Below, piece after piece: positions 1 through 14,960 of a stretch of DNA of 64,000 bases; positions within the stretch are counted from its first letter, which is position 1, and every line of letters begins with the position of its first letter. This DNA is from Octopus vulgaris (lineage: Eukaryota). Location of the stretch: the NCBI GenBank assembly GCA_951406725.2, contig OX597815.1, forward strand, positions 78,802,001-78,866,000. Direction: 5' to 3'. A program made the position numbers and the translations under genes. The notes beneath the pieces were generated by a model. The model ran no database searches. It had not been told where the DNA came from and worked only from the letters and a program-made list of their open reading frames with translations.

Positions 1-1167
1 GTTTTGAATTAATCAAACATTTGTAGCCTCAGAATTTCAATCATGTGAGTGTTTGATTTTAGAATAACATTGTAGGGTAGGTGTGAGACTTTGGATCTGG
101 CTGGTTTGAATGTAAATCAAACAGAATGTTTTGGCTAGATATGGCCCATTTACATGCTAAAGGGTTAATGAAAAGAAATTCAACAGATCAAATATTTGAA
201 TGCTCTTCATTGAAGCCAAGAGAAGATTCATCATAACTGCAGAAAATTTCAATAGATGGTAAGATTATTACTGCTTGATTATTAGCCTTAAGGTGTGATT
301 TGAGGGAGATTTAGTTGCTATTTCTAGCAGGTTGTGCTAGAGGCTCTTTTGTTAGTTCTCGTGAAGCTGTTATCTTATCAGTACTGAGTAAAGTTAAAAT
401 GTCAGCAAAGTGAATCCTTGACCTGGTCTTGATTTATTGATGTCTTTGAGAAAACAAAAATTCATACACCTCACCTATAAAATTGAACCTATGCACTAAT
501 GTAAAAATATAATCAATACTTAATGAGAAGTTGTGATGTTCATATTTTACAAAAGGTTATTTGCAGTGCAAGGTTTTATTTAGAGTGCATCTAGTGGGTA
601 TCTGTGTCAAATGCAAAAGTGATAACAAATTCAGTTTTTCACTTGCAGCAAACTATATAGAATGGAATCATTTGAACAAAAATTGTATTTCTCTTTAACC
701 ATTCAATAAATAATAAAATATACATTCAAATCTCTCTCACTCTGTCAGACAGACAGATAGTAGAGAGGTACAGGTGTAGCTGTGTGGAATCTTGGGAAAG
801 TGCCTCTTAACTACAGCCCCAGGTTAACCAAAACCTTGAAAACGGATTTGGTAAATGGAAACTGAAGGAAGCCCAATGTATATAGCTTGATAGATATAGA
901 GATCCATGTGAGTGTTTGTGTATGTGTGTGCATGTGTATACTTGTGTTTCCTTATTTTGACATTTCATGTTATATAAGCATTGTCATTCATTTCCTATAT
1001 TCAGAGAAAGCATGTCTGGTCATGGGGAAATATTATCTTGCTTGGAATCAGGGTTGAGGGTAAATGACAAGAAAAGCAATCTGGCTATAGAAAACCTACT
1101 GCAATAACTCCTGTCCAACCTGTGCAAGCATGGAAAAGTGGATGTTATGATGATGATGATGATGATT

Positions 1168-1244
<77 letters not shown>

Positions 1245-1430
1245 TCTTAGTAATCATCTAAATGGCCTAATAGAATTTCCATGAAAAACAAACATAGTGA
1301 AAGTATTGTAGCTTAACTTGCAGGAAAGACCTAACAGTGTCCCTAGAAATTCAGACATAGTGAAAGTTCCACACCAGCTAAGCTAATTGCCTTTGATGCA
1401 TACATGTCGAGGACAGATGGACGGACAGAC

Positions 1431-1492
<62 letters not shown>

Positions 1493-2129
1493 CTAATTTA
1501 GTAAATAGCTTCAACAGTGAATTGAAATATGGTTGTAGATTCATTGACTCTTCTTGTTTGGATGTACAGTTAGAAACTAATAATATTTAAATTTATTTCA
1601 GTTCTGATGTACAGTGTGCAATGCATTGATAGTTATTGTTTAATGATGAGCTTGCAAAAGCACAACTATGCAAATCGGGTTATCCACCATGGTGTTAGTT
1701 TCATTCATGACTACTTCGTGCAGCAGCTGATCTAAGCTATTGATTAAGGGAAGATGGATATATCTTCTCTTCAGAGCAGTCAACAGACCAAGTGACAGTC
1801 ATTCAGGAGACTGACTCACTCTTTTTTCCAAAGCAACAAAAGTATACAAAGAACATATATATTCTTAAGTCCACCATTTCATCAATTACAACAGCTTCCA
1901 AGCTTTACCACTAATTCAGTTCTCAACTAAATTGCACACTGTTAATAGTTTTACAGAGGACACCTCCTCAGCTACACTTTGGCTAAATAGTTTGAGATTT
2001 GGTTCAGTAGAAAAAAAAGTTACATCAAAATATGTCAAACCTCAAGTGGGCAGTAAGGCAGATATTCATCTTCAACTAACATAAATTTTTTAATTTTAAA
2101 TTAAAAGTATACTTTTCTTAGGCTTAAAT

Positions 2130-2568
2130 GATTATAAACCTGGAAAAGTACAGGACAAGTTATTACACCTGTAAAAGTATAGGACAAGCTATTACTTCTA
2201 GTAAAGTAAAGAATAAGAAACCTTTTACTTAAAATATTGCAGCTAAAATTAAAATTTGAATATTAAAACTTATTTTATTATAGTTTACAAATAACACTAT
2301 ACTTATTTAAGTAGAATTTGGCTTATTTACTACCTTAAATACAGAAAAAAGTGACTAATTAGACAAACTTACAAATTAGCTGAACAGGTTTGTACAATAA
2401 ATTTAAAAGATGAGAACTGTAAAGAGTGATAAATTAGAAGAACTGGCATTCTTTGCTGCAATATTTTAAGTAAAAAGTTTCTTATTCTTTACTTTACAAG
2501 AAGTAACAGCATGTCCTATACTTTTACAAGTGTAATAACTTGTCCTGTTCTTTTCCAGGTTTATAATC
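2130..2568. mobile_element. MITE with ~115-bp TIRs
   Basis: 2130-2243 is the reverse complement of 2455-2568 with a few mismatches. Confidence 0.75.
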
Positions 2569-2693
2569 TTAAGAGTATTACTTTTCATGCTTGCATTTTT
2601 CCATGTAAATTACATTCTTATTTAACCCACAGTAAAGCTTTATAATATTTCAATTTATTCCAGATCTTTTGGCTTACATTATGTTGTGCATAA

Positions 2694-2730
<37 letters not shown>

Positions 2731-3099
2731 GCATTCGAAGCAACAGGAAGAGCATCTGGGTACAGAAAATTTGCATCTATGAATTCCATCTCATCTATGC
2801 AAGGATAGAAAAATACTCATTAAAATTATTATGATATATAAAACAGACACACACACACATAGTAGAAATAGAAAACTCTTTGGTACAGCAATGTCATATA
2901 TATATATATATATCTTTTATCTTTTACTTGTTTCAGTCATTAGACTGTGGCCATGCTGGGGCACTGCCTTGAGGAATTTTAGTCAAACTAATCGACCCCG
3001 GTATTTATTTTAATTTTAAGCCTGATATTTGTTCTGTCAGTCTCTTTTGCCTAAACACACCAACACTGGTTGTGAAGGGGTGGGGGGCAAGGGACAAAC

Positions 3100-3167
<68 letters not shown>

Positions 3168-3275
3168 GTATAACAGGCTTCTTCAAATTTCTGTCTATGA
3201 AATCCACTCCCAAGGCTTTGGTCAGTCCAAGGCTATAGTACAAGATACTTGCTCAAGATGCCATGCAGAGACTGA

Positions 3276-3326
<51 letters not shown>

Positions 3327-3536
3327 CACAAACTTACCAATGCATTAATTGTGTTTTGTTCCAATGCCAAATTTTATTAGAGACATAGTATCTATATTGT
3401 ACATGCAGGGAGTTGTAATACTCACCCTGTTGATTTTATAAATAATATTTTCAAGGATCTCGGAAAAAAAAAGCATCAGTTTGGCTAGTTCGAATCCTGT
3501 ATAAGGATTTCACCACTGACCAAGTACTCTCTTTAA

Positions 3537-3773
3537 TCCTTTAGCATTTAATCCAGCCATATCCGGCCCAAGTATTCTACTTGTCTACCTGTTTTATGTT
3601 AAAACTGACCAGATTCAATCTCTCACACCTACCCATCAATGTCATTCTAATAGTATACAAACCCACCATTTAAATCTTGAAGCCACAAAAATTTTTTTTA
3701 AATGCATAATTAATTCAAAACAGAGTGAATAAAAAAGCAATACATTTGGCAGAATAATCTGAATACTAAAGGG
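3537..3773 (+). mobile_element. piggyBac-type MITE
   Basis: TTAA|TCCTTTAGCATT...AATACTAAAGGG|TTAA; a second copy runs off the window start (1-164) in the opposite orientation. Confidence 0.7.
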
Positions 3774-3842
3774 TTAATTCTTCACAGAGGCACTGCTTAT
3801 AAACCAAGTATTACTAATGGCTTAAATTTAATAGACTAACAG

Positions 3843-4190
3843 GCGCAAGCACAACTGCATGGTAAGAAGCTTGCTTCCCAGCCATATGGTTCTGGGTTCA
3901 GTCCTACTGCCTGGCACCTTGGGTATGTGTCTTCTACTATAGCCTTGAGCTGAGCAAAACCTGCTGAGTAGTTTGATAGATGGAAACAGAAAGAAGCCCG
4001 TTGTATATACATGTATATATCGATGTGTGTGTGCCTTTGCGTCTGTGTTTGTCCACCCCACCATCAAAGATTAACAACAGGTGTTTGTGTATTTACATTC
4101 TAGTAACTTCACAGTTCAGCTAAAGTAACTGATAGAATAAGTACTAGGCTTAATAAATATGTCCTGGGGTTGATTTGTTCAACTAAAATT
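3843..4190 (+). mobile_element. Same SINE family, CpG-decayed copy
   Basis: Same blocks with CG>TG/CA changes; further decayed copies at 770-880, 2922-3270 and 6257-6648. Confidence 0.8.
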
Positions 4191-4649
4191 ACCAGTAAGT
4201 TTGCTTTGTTTGGCTTCATTGTTATAGAAATATCACAGAATATATTCATGGATTTTTAGCCAACACTGAACATACAGACTAGTAATGGTGAATTTTTTTA
4301 TTCTGGCATACGGATATACTTGTTAAAAATCCTGTTATTAAAGCGCCACTTATGTTTGTACGTGACATGTACTTTAGTGTCCTTATTATAGAAGTCATCA
4401 AACAGAAATGATGCACTTTAAACAAAAACTTCTTTCCATAAACACACTATCACTTAGTGACTTTCCTTATCAAGAATACTTAGTGAAATACTAATAGAGC
4501 TAGTAAATGGGATGTTTCTGCAGCTAATAATTTTTACTAATATTTCTAATAATGATTCTGCTAAGAATTCTAAGTTCTCCGAAGGTTTTTTCTTTTTCAC
4601 TTTAGCTGTTAAAATATATATTCACACACACATGGACACACTCACACAT

Positions 4650-5027
4650 GTATATGTGTGTGTGTATATATATATATATATATGCATATACATATATATA
4701 CATACATACATACATATATATATATATACATACATACATACATATATATATACATACATACATACATATATATATACATACATACATATATATATACATA
4801 CATACATACATATATATATACATACATACATATATATATACATACATATACATATATATATACATACATACATATATATATACATACATACATACATATA
4901 TACATACATACATACATATATATATATACATACATACATATACATATATATATACATACATACATACATATATATATACATACATACATACATATATATA
5001 TACATACATACATACATACATATATAT

Positions 5028-5102
<75 letters not shown>
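4650..5102. repeat. Compound (TA)n/(TACA)n microsatellite
   Basis: Seen directly; similar tracts at 13000-13160, 23410-23770, 25170-25355, 27354-27490, 57660-57735 and 61128-61263. Confidence 0.98.
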
Positions 5103-5107
<5 letters not shown>

Positions 5108-5123
5108 GTAAATGAGTTTTGCT

Positions 5124-5155
<32 letters not shown>

Positions 5156-7107
5156 CGTAAATATTTGTTTTTAAACAGTGAAACTCTAATTAGATAAAAC
5201 TGTAAATAATTATCTGTAAACATTAGGTAAATAACCCTTTACATAGAAAAAGCCTATACAAAGGGTCTTTTTTAACCCAATATTTACATGCTATTATTCA
5301 TAGCTATATCTACTCTGAGTTTCACCTTTAAAAATACACAGTTTCATGTCATTTAAGGTTTCTGAATTCATGACATAAACAATATATATGTGTGTGTGTA
5401 TGTGTGTTATTGTCTTTTTGCCTTGACATCACATGATTGTTGTAAATAAATGTCACTGTCATATGAGTGGGTATCCTTCATTTTCAGTCTTCCATGAAAG
5501 CATGTCTGGTCATGGAAACAGGTAAAGCTTGGCAACAGAAAGGGCAAACAGCTGTAGAAAATCTGCCTCAGTAAATTTCATCCAACACATGCAAGTATGG
5601 AAAAGTGGAGACATTAATACAATGGTGGTGATGATGACAATGATATTGTAATGATTAGCTCCAGTAAATAGAAATGAAACCAAAAAATAAAACCTAAACA
5701 TATCATATCATGTTAGCCAGCTTGAACAGCAACTGATGAGTTGCTAAATTATGACTGTTAATTTATGACTGAAACATATAAAGTGCTGTATCATATGATA
5801 AAGAAGCCAAATTGGCAGGGTAACTAGAGTGTTGAAGAGAATGCCTTGTGCTATATGTTCTGACCCTGTGCTCTGAGTTCAAGTACTGTCAAGGTCAACT
5901 TTGCATTTTATCTTATCCAGATAAAGATGTATCAATACCAAGCAGTGGATCAGTGGAGTTGTTAGAAGGTTGGGCAAGATGCTTTTCAATATTTGATCCA
6001 TTCTGACAGCAATGCCTGTGATAACACTGTTGCGAAGGTGCAGAGGCCTATGACTATGACCTTCACCTTGAATAAACAACAGTAGTGGAAAGAAGGTGGG
6101 GAAATATGCATATATGGGCCACTGCCAGTAATTTTGTCCAAGCCTCCATGTGTAGACATATGGTCAACCTTGACCAATGGAGGTCCCCAGCTGACCATTA
6201 CAGATTACTGAAAAATGTAATGTTTTCATTTTTTTAGACTAATTTTTAGTATCATATCTTTTACTTGTTTCAGTCATTGGGCTATGGCCATGCTGGGGCA
6301 ATGCTTTGAAAGATTTAATTGCACAAACTGACCCCAGTACCTATATTTCTTTTTAAAGTTTAGTACTCATTCTGTTGATTTCATTTGCTGAGCTGTTAAT
6401 TTATGGGGATTAAACAAACTGACACTGGTTGTCAAGCAGCGGAAGGGAACAAAGATAACACAGAAACACACACAGACATATACACCTTCACCTGACATGC
6501 TTCCTCACAGTGTCTGTCTATCAAATTCACTTGCTTGCATAGGTCAGCCAAGACCTATAGAAGATATTTGCCCAATATGCTGCATAGAGGGGTTGACCCC
6601 CAAACCATGTGAATGCAACATAAACTTCTTAACGACATAGCCATGCCAACATTTAATGTGTGAAACAATGAAAATTGCTTGTTAAATTTAGCAACATAAT
6701 TGTTAAATTTAGCAACATAACAAGGAGATTTTATTTTCTCAAAATCCATTGTGCTTCACCTAAAAACCTGTGGTGTGTCATTACTGACACATGTAGGATA
6801 GGCTCACCTGATGTAAATGTTTGTATATCTTTATATTACATATAAAGATATATCTAAGTGCTTTGTCATTATATACAATATTTTTGTGGATAGAAGACCA
6901 TTGGAATTAACCTGACAAACCTTGATCCTGTCCCTTCTTCAACTGTCCAAGAGGGATATTACTTATAAACTCACTATTACTAAAGGCTTCTGTAAATTGG
7001 GAAGAGAATTAAGTAAATTTGATATAAACAAGTGTATGGTATTTATCTACCAGTTCATACACAAACATACATGTATGTGAAGTAGTTGATAAATGTATTA
7101 GCTATAC

Positions 7108-7144
<37 letters not shown>

Positions 7145-9101
7145 AGAGAGAGAAAGAGAGTGAGAGAGAGAGAGGGAGGGAGAGAGACAGAGACAGAGAA
7201 AGACAGAGAGAGAGAAACAGACAGACAGACGTTTAGGTATTCTTTACATTTGCTTGCAATTATGTGCTTGCAGTCAGTAAAGAAATACTTATCATAAAAC
7301 AAATATTAGTATCACACTTTTTCCATCACACACACACACACACAAAGAAGATTGTTGCTGTAAAATGTTTTTGTTTTTCTTCACACTGAGTATAGTCCTG
7401 ACCTTAACACTGTGTGTATGCAATGTGTTATTCAATGGTGCATGGTAGAGCACTAGCTGTTTATGATGCATCGAAATCACAAGTGATTTAAAAAATTAAA
7501 TCTTATCTGTTTCCTCTGCCCTCCTTTTATGCAGTGGCATGAGATGAACAGTGCTATATAAAGATGAAACATTACAGGGTAAATGGAGTTATTTCTGATT
7601 CTAACAATTAGATGAAATTTTTGTGTAGACATGAACTAATTAAATTATCAATATAAACCATACCATATAATGTGACAATATGAAATATTGAATAATATGT
7701 AAAAAAATTTTAACAAGATATGTATATATTTACATCTGTTTGTTTGTCCTAGCTATGTCATTAAATTACATCTGCTGATGAGACTCCAGTTTGAGACTTC
7801 TGGAATTATGAGGAGTGTGGAGTCATCCCTTAATTACTGCTATTATCAGGCCTATTCTGATCCAGAATGGGAACATCTGTCAGGGTTCCATTTATGAGTT
7901 AAAAAGATTTCCAAGGAGTAGAGGAAGCTTTTGTTATTTTTTGACAAAGCTGTGATGAAGACAGCTCTTCTAGGAGAGAATGGTAAAAATGTTGTACAAG
8001 CTTTGTCACTTAAATTCAATTATGTACTGTTGTCTCACTGTCATTTCGTTTCCTGATCTATTTTGCATTTCATGAAGTCCTATGGTAATAGATGCATGGT
8101 ACTATCCATGCACAAGCAGGAATGAATGTAAATCAGAACAATCAAGTTGTACGTGAGGCATCTATCATCTGACAAGATGAGGAAATCATCACACACACAC
8201 AAAGCCAGTATTATCCAAAATATGATTGAATGATAGGAATTTATTTGAATGAGGCTATTGCTTATTTTTAAAGCCAATATTTAAAAAGAATTATTTCTTA
8301 TTGTCTTGAAGTTTATAAATTATTATGTCCGCAATAATATACAATTCTTGCTGGTAAGAGTAACATTTCTAAATGGACAGAGAAATTCTAAGAATTACTT
8401 TGGTCCATTGGTAGATCACCTGTCATATTTACAAGAGATGTGGGTTCAAGCCCTACAGGTAGCCATTGATTTATTCTTCTCAAAGAGTTTTTTTAGCCCA
8501 ATATTTACGTGTTATAATTTTAGCTTATTTTTAAAGTGGCAGACTGGTAGATGTGTTTGCATGCAGGACAAAAGAAGCTTAATGGCATTTTGTCTGTCTT
8601 TACATTCTGAGTTCAAATTCCACTGAAGTTGACTTTGCCTTTGATCTTTCTGGAGACAATAGAATAAGTAGCAGTTGAGCAATGGGGTTGATGCAATCAA
8701 CTTACCCTACTGCCCTGAAATTACTGGCTTAGTACCTAAATTTGAAACCATTATTTATAGCTTATCTGATTCAAGATCCAATGTTCAAAAAAATAATTAT
8801 ATATATGAGGATGTGTGGCCTAGTGGTTAGGTTAATGTACTCATGATTATCAGATCATAATTTCAATTCCCACACTAGGCATTGCATTGTGTTCTTGAGC
8901 ACAATACTTTATCTTATATTGCTCTGCATTCACTTCATCATCTGACATATGACATACTGTGTTGATGGAAGGAGTGAATTAATGTACAGCACAAACATTT
9001 GATCACTTTAAAGTGCACCAGTTGTTCAGCAAGAAATTGCAGAGCCCTCATCTGTCATCTACAATAGGAGAGTCCACAATATATATATATAAAAGGATAA
9101 A

Positions 9102-9428
9102 ACTCTCTTCGGTCATGAATGACCATGGGATTACACCTAGAAAGTTATCAGCCAAGGCATAAGTCCAGGCAAGGTTGTTTTCAGAAGACTAGCAGTCGCC
9201 CATGCATACCAGCCTCCCCCCTCCACACCATCGATGCTGTCCAAGGGAAAGGCATAGGCCAATACAGCTTGGAACCAGTGATGTCACAACTCATTTCTAT
9301 AGCTGAGTTAACTGGAGCAATGTGAAATAAAGTGTCTCGCTGAAGAACACAACACAGTCTGGTCCGGGAATCAAACTCACAACCTCGTGATTGTGAGCCC
9401 AATGCTCTAACCATTGAGCCACATGCCA
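9102..9428 (-). mobile_element. Second tRNA-derived SINE family
   Basis: Minus-strand head GGCATGTGGCTCAATGGTTAGAGC...GAGTTTGATTCCC with A and B boxes; a related head lies at 8808-8880 on the plus strand. Confidence 0.65.
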
Positions 9429-11429
9429 AGCTTTTCATGACTGTGTATAAGCACACAGCTTATCACACACAGACACACACACAAAGATGAAGAAGATATT
9501 AGTATAGCAGAAATTAAAAATCAGTTGCAAATGTTTCAGTACCACTCCTTTTTGAACCACATTACACAAACAACTCAACACTTGAATAAAATTATACAGG
9601 ACATCATATATAATAGCTGAGTTTGGTAAGCATCCAGAGAGGTGCTGTTCTTCACTATTGCAAACATGCATAATTTTATACAAGTCTGTGTAATTTATCA
9701 CACAATTATTTATGTGTAATGCAATTTGAACCAGAGTGGTATTGAAACAATTGTAACCAAATACCTGTGTAGAAGTGATAGGTTCTCAGCCAACACATAG
9801 AAGCAGAAACCACTATAATAGTGGTGGAAAAGCCAGAGAGAGGAAACAACACAACTGTGAGTCAGAGACTGGAGCATGTCTGTGAATGACTTTAAAGCAA
9901 TCAGTCAAATGGTTCTTTTCTGAATGCAGTCTAGTATGTTTGTGTATGCAGCAGCAGTATCTTAGATATGAGAGCAATAATCCATTGCAGACCTTGGCTG
10001 AGCTTCCTAGAGAATTAATAATTGCTGTGGGTTGAAGTACCTTTTGACTCTGAAGATAAGTGATCAATATAGTTCATTGGTTCATTGATTGAGCTGGGGT
10101 TTTTCTAGCATGACATATTGCCTGTGTATTTTCTCATTATATATAAAAATATAAATATTCCATTAGGAAATTAGTTCTTAAGGAATCAATGAGCTTCGTG
10201 CTACTATTAAAACTGTAAAGTAGCAATGTATTACAAAGAGTGATAATTTCACTAATAAAATTACCTTAATAGTATATAAGTTACAAAAAAAAAAACCCTG
10301 CAAAGACAAGTAGTATAGATGTAAGAGTTTCATTGGTGAGTGCGGGAGTAGGAGAATGCGTGAACTGATTGCTCCAGCCTGTTGGCTGTGGCCAGGCTGG
10401 GAGGAAGTTAAATTATATGGGAGTAAAATAAAAATATATACTGAATTGGAAAACTCTAATAGAATTAAGCAGAATAGGAGGGGTATAACCACACATCTCT
10501 TCTATAACATGACACCTATGCATGTCCTATCATAATTTAGCCTTCAAAACCTGACATAAAGTGCACTCCTCCTTCTCTCAAACATATTCTCACTCAGTCA
10601 AGGGAACTGTTTCCTTTTGGGTTTTTTTTTTATTCTGTCTTACAAGTTACTTGACAACCTCACTAGGCCCAGTGTCCTGAAAAGAGCATCCAGTACACAC
10701 TGTAAAGTCATTGGCACTAGGGAGGGCATCCAGTCATAGAAACTATGTCAAACCTGACATTGCAACCTGATGAAGCTTGCTGGACTCTGTCAAACTGTCC
10801 AACCTGTACCAGCAAGGAAAACAGACATTAGATGATGACGATGATAATGTTGATTACATATACATATATATATACATACATACACACACACATACATACA
10901 TACATACATACATACATACATCAATACATATATATGACAAATAGTTGACTAAGAATCCGAAAGTCAGAGAAAACAGGCTCTCATGAATTTGTCAATAGAG
11001 TGAGTAGTCTTACAGTCTCATAAATCAATATCAGCCAATCTTATCAATCAGTTCACACAGGTATCAGGTAATTGGCTGATTGCCTAACTCACCAGAGTGG
11101 CCTGAGTAGAGAAAAAGGTCAGCAATTGTCAGATCTGGTTTGTGGATGCAATGAAACTAAATGGAATGAACTCATAGATGATTAGAAAAGGAGACTGTCA
11201 AGAGTTATGTCCCTTGCTCGTCCAAAAACCTGAGTGGTAATCGCCAGCAAAGCAGGGTTCAGATGTGGGTCATGTGGGGTTGATACGTGTTCAGAGAGAT
11301 TTTGCAATGAAGGGATGAGGCAAATACCCAATCTTAAACCCATATGTGGTTGTAAATGTGTGTTTGTTTTTTGTGTGTAAAGCAGGGATGTGGTCAACAG
11401 TGTGCAGGACTTGCTGATCACACACAACC

Positions 11430-11505
11430 TTATCCAACAACTACAGAGAAATCTTGCTCAGCATCACTGGGAAGGTCCTTAATCACATGCTCCTAAACAG
11501 ACTGT
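11430..11505 (+). mobile_element. Short RTE-type RT fragment
   Basis: Translates with a small indel to NNYR.I.LLSITGKVLNHMLLNRL. Confidence 0.5.
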
Positions 11506-13040
11506 AAGTCTCAGTGCAGGTACTGTATGTGTATATATACATATATATATGACATTGCAGCTTCTGACAAAATAACTTCTAAAATACAAAATTTTGTCAA
11601 AAATATTAAGAGTAAACCTGTTGTATGTGATACATTCTTCTGGTATCGGAAGTTTGAAAGTGTTTAGTTAAAAAAAATTAATCAAATAAACTGTACGTCT
11701 AATTGAATAGATCCGAAATGGATGAAAGGCAAAGTAGACCTCAGTGGAATTTGAACTCAGAACGTAAAGGCAGGCAAAATACCACTTCTAAAATACAAAA
11801 ATTTTATCAAAAACATTAAGAATAAACCCTGTTCTATGTGACATATTCTACCAGTATCGGAAGTTTGAAAGTGTTTAGTTAAAAAAAATTAATTAAATAA
11901 TCTGTATGTCAAAGTCGACCTCGGCAAAATTTGAACTCAAAAACATAAAGAGTAACGAATTACCATTAAGCATTTCACCTGGCATGCTAACATTTTTGCC
12001 AGCTCGTCACCTTAGAAAGTAAACATTGATTTTAGAAATATATTCCTTAATTCTTATAGCTGAAGCATTACTCCCTGACTCTCTTACTTAATGACACGAA
12101 ATTTTGTGGCATTTCACCCCATAACTTTTCTTCTACCAATTTTTGTTCAATGCAACTAACGACTCTAAGTTCCTCATATTTTTCTATTATTTAAGCCTAA
12201 GAAAAGTATACTTTTATTTTAAACTGGAATTATTGGAGTTATGGGCATTGAAAGTGTAATCAAATTTAATTGAAACCCCTGCATGCATTGCCAGCATTTA
12301 TTTATTTATTCAGAGATGTTGTAAAAATGTCTATTAATGCAATGTCTAAATTAATTACTGCAATATGTATATAACTGTTTAGATATTGAAGTAGAATAGA
12401 TGAAGAATAATTGTTTGATTTAGTAAATATGAAACATAATGAGATCGCTGTTGTCACATTAGAGCAGCTTGTGAAGCAGAAGTACCCCCTCATATTCTTA
12501 CTTGCTGTGGCATTTTAAAGGTTAACTTTATCAAGGTTAATTTATTAAAGTTAATATATAAATGTAGAATATATTAGAGCAAAAAAATATGCATGTATAT
12601 AAATGTTTAAGATTCAAATCAAGAAAGTGCAATAACAAAGTTTAGCAGTTCAAAACAGTGAGTAGTGAAATGCAGAATTAGGTCTGCTGATCGTAAGAAT
12701 CAAATATTGATCACTTCACTAAAAACTGACAATTGCAAATGCAGGTGCTATTGGTTATTTCCCTTGGGTGTTTAAATAAAATATATTAGTTATATGTAGT
12801 AGATATAAGGATCCTTTCCAGGGGCCCTATTATCGATTTTTGTCAACAATCTAAGTATGTCGCAAGGTTTCCAGACTTGAGTTCTACTCATGTGTCAAGT
12901 TTCATCAAAATCGATAAAATGATGTAGGGAGAGTTAGCTAACAACTCCACAAACAAACACACCCACAGACAGAATTTCTCACATATCTAGTAGATATACA
13001 TACACACATATATATATCTAAACATATATATACATATATA

Positions 13041-13148
<108 letters not shown>

Positions 13149-13161
13149 CATATACATATAT

Positions 13162-14100
13162 CAGGTCATCCCATAAGTTCTGTCCGATTTTACCTTTTTC
13201 AAAATTGAATGAAATTTAATAGTATTTTAGAATGTCTAATGGAATTAAAAATTATTTTTATGCATTTGTGTATATTTGAACTAATTGCTTGAAGTAAATC
13301 CTGCATTATCAGTTGTAGAATTGGCAATAAAGCTTAGTTCAAACCATACAACTGTTCATTGTCATTTTCAACAACTTGAAAAGGTTCCTAAACTTGGAAA
13401 ATGAATGCCTTATGAATTGTCCGAAAGCAACCGCAAATCCTGAGTTGACATCTGCTCTTCTTTCCATTCTTGCAAACTCATTTCACCCTTTTTGGATAGA
13501 CTTGTGGACTAGTGACAAAAAATGGATCTTCTATTGAAATGTTAAACATCATAAACAGTGGCTTGGTAAAAGGGAAAAAGCTCAAACACAACTGAAAAGG
13601 GAACTTCATGGAAAAAAGGTTCTTCTCTCTACCTAGTGGGATTGCAAAGGAATAATTCACTTTGAATTGTTACCACCTAATGCAACAATCAATGCTCAAG
13701 TCTACTGTCAGTAATTAGAGTATTTGAACCAAGCTTTGAAGAAAAAAGACCTGCTTTAGTGAATCGAAAAGGAGTGATATTTCATCAGGACAATGCACAA
13801 CCTCACACTGTAAAGATCACATCACAGAAGATCGAAGAGCTTGGTTGGAAAAAAATTCCTCATCCACCTTATTCTCCTAGCCTTGCTCCTTCAGACTACC
13901 ATTTGTTTCATAGTTTATAGATTCATTTGGGGGACATAACTTTCGCAAGCCAGGAGGAATTCTTCGCTTTGAAACCAAAAGAGTTTTACATTGATGGGAT
14001 TAAAAAGCTTGTAAATAGATGGAAGGAAGTCATAGATAATCAGGAAAAGTACATTGATGATTAAATTTCAATTAAATATAACATTTGATCACATTAGTTC
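13162..14100 (+). mobile_element. Degenerate mariner transposon
   Basis: TIR-like CAGGTCATCCCATAAGTTCTGTCC after a TA run. Transposase motifs (TSD.KW.FY, FHQDNAQPH, PYSPSLAPSDYHLF) with stops. Right end lost at the Hero insertion. Confidence 0.8.
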
Positions 14101-14104
14101 CTCT

Positions 14105-14960
14105 TGCCTTAGGGCAAGAGGAACTAATGTCGTCAGACAGTATCCATTCGTCGGGTGTTTTAACCCTGAAGCGTAACACCCTCCCATTGGTGGGTCAGCA
14201 GAGGTGGCGAAGTCGCTGCTCCTCAACTGCTCTTGGCTTCCAGCTTAAATCTTCTCTCTTCTACACCAAAGCTAGCAAGTGCCTCTTTCAGCTGCCTCTC
14301 CTATCCTGTGCACAGCCACCTTTCACTCCTTATCTCTCATTCCAATTTCTGTAAGAATCTTCCATGCCGACTTGGCAGGGAATGCAGTTTTTGCCATTTC
14401 ATTGTTTCATCTATCGTGGGCCATTTGATTCGTTCTTTTGTTGGCTGGAAATTGCCTCCTGGTGTGGTATTGGATGGGGTGCCTCTCCTGAGGACTTGAG
14501 GTGACACAGGTACTGAGAGACTTCCAGTCTTGTGGGGTGCTTCCTGCCTGGATTTCCACTGTGTCTCACCAGGTGTTACCACTGTGCACTGCACCTGTGC
14601 CCTTTCTTTTCCACAGACGGACCTATCTTGGTGTATCTCAAGCCCTTTCTCATTCTTGCAGATCTTTCTGCAGTGACACTTTACTTCCAATACCTCCCCA
14701 GCTACTGATGTTTCAACAGGTGCTGCAACTGAAAACTGCAATTGTGGTTCTTTCTTCTCACAGTCTCACCTGGTTGGTGTATCTTGAGCCCTTTTGCATT
14801 CTTACAGATCTTTCCACAGAGACATTTCATTCCCACTACCTCTCCAATTATGGATGATTGGAGCTGCCTCTGCATCCATAAGACATTCCTAGTCGTTACT
14901 GTTGTATCTGTCCTGTTGAGTCTCTCATTCTCCCCAACTCACGGGAGACTCTTGCTTCCT
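14105..14960 (-). mobile_element. Internally deleted Hero-clade (R2 superfamily) non-LTR retrotransposon
   Basis: Two N-terminal zinc fingers (KCLCGKICKNAKGLKIHQ; KCHCRKICKNEKGLEIHQ), PGETQ and RIKWP motifs, fused near 14385 to the extreme C-terminus FPAKSAWKILTEIG...HRIGEAAERGTC*LWCRRE. Confidence 0.75.

Noticed and set aside
4512-5223. Many 140-200 aa ORFs rich in YI/HT/MYV, also at 23.4, 25.1, 57.6, 61.1 and 62.2 kb
   Set aside because: Translations of stop-free TA/TACA/CA microsatellites, not genes.
7774-7805. CTGATGA as another hammerhead
   Set aside because: No GAAA box or supporting stems follow.
11576-11950. About 210-bp tandem duplication
   Set aside because: Local duplication of MITE and SINE fragments with no sign of function.
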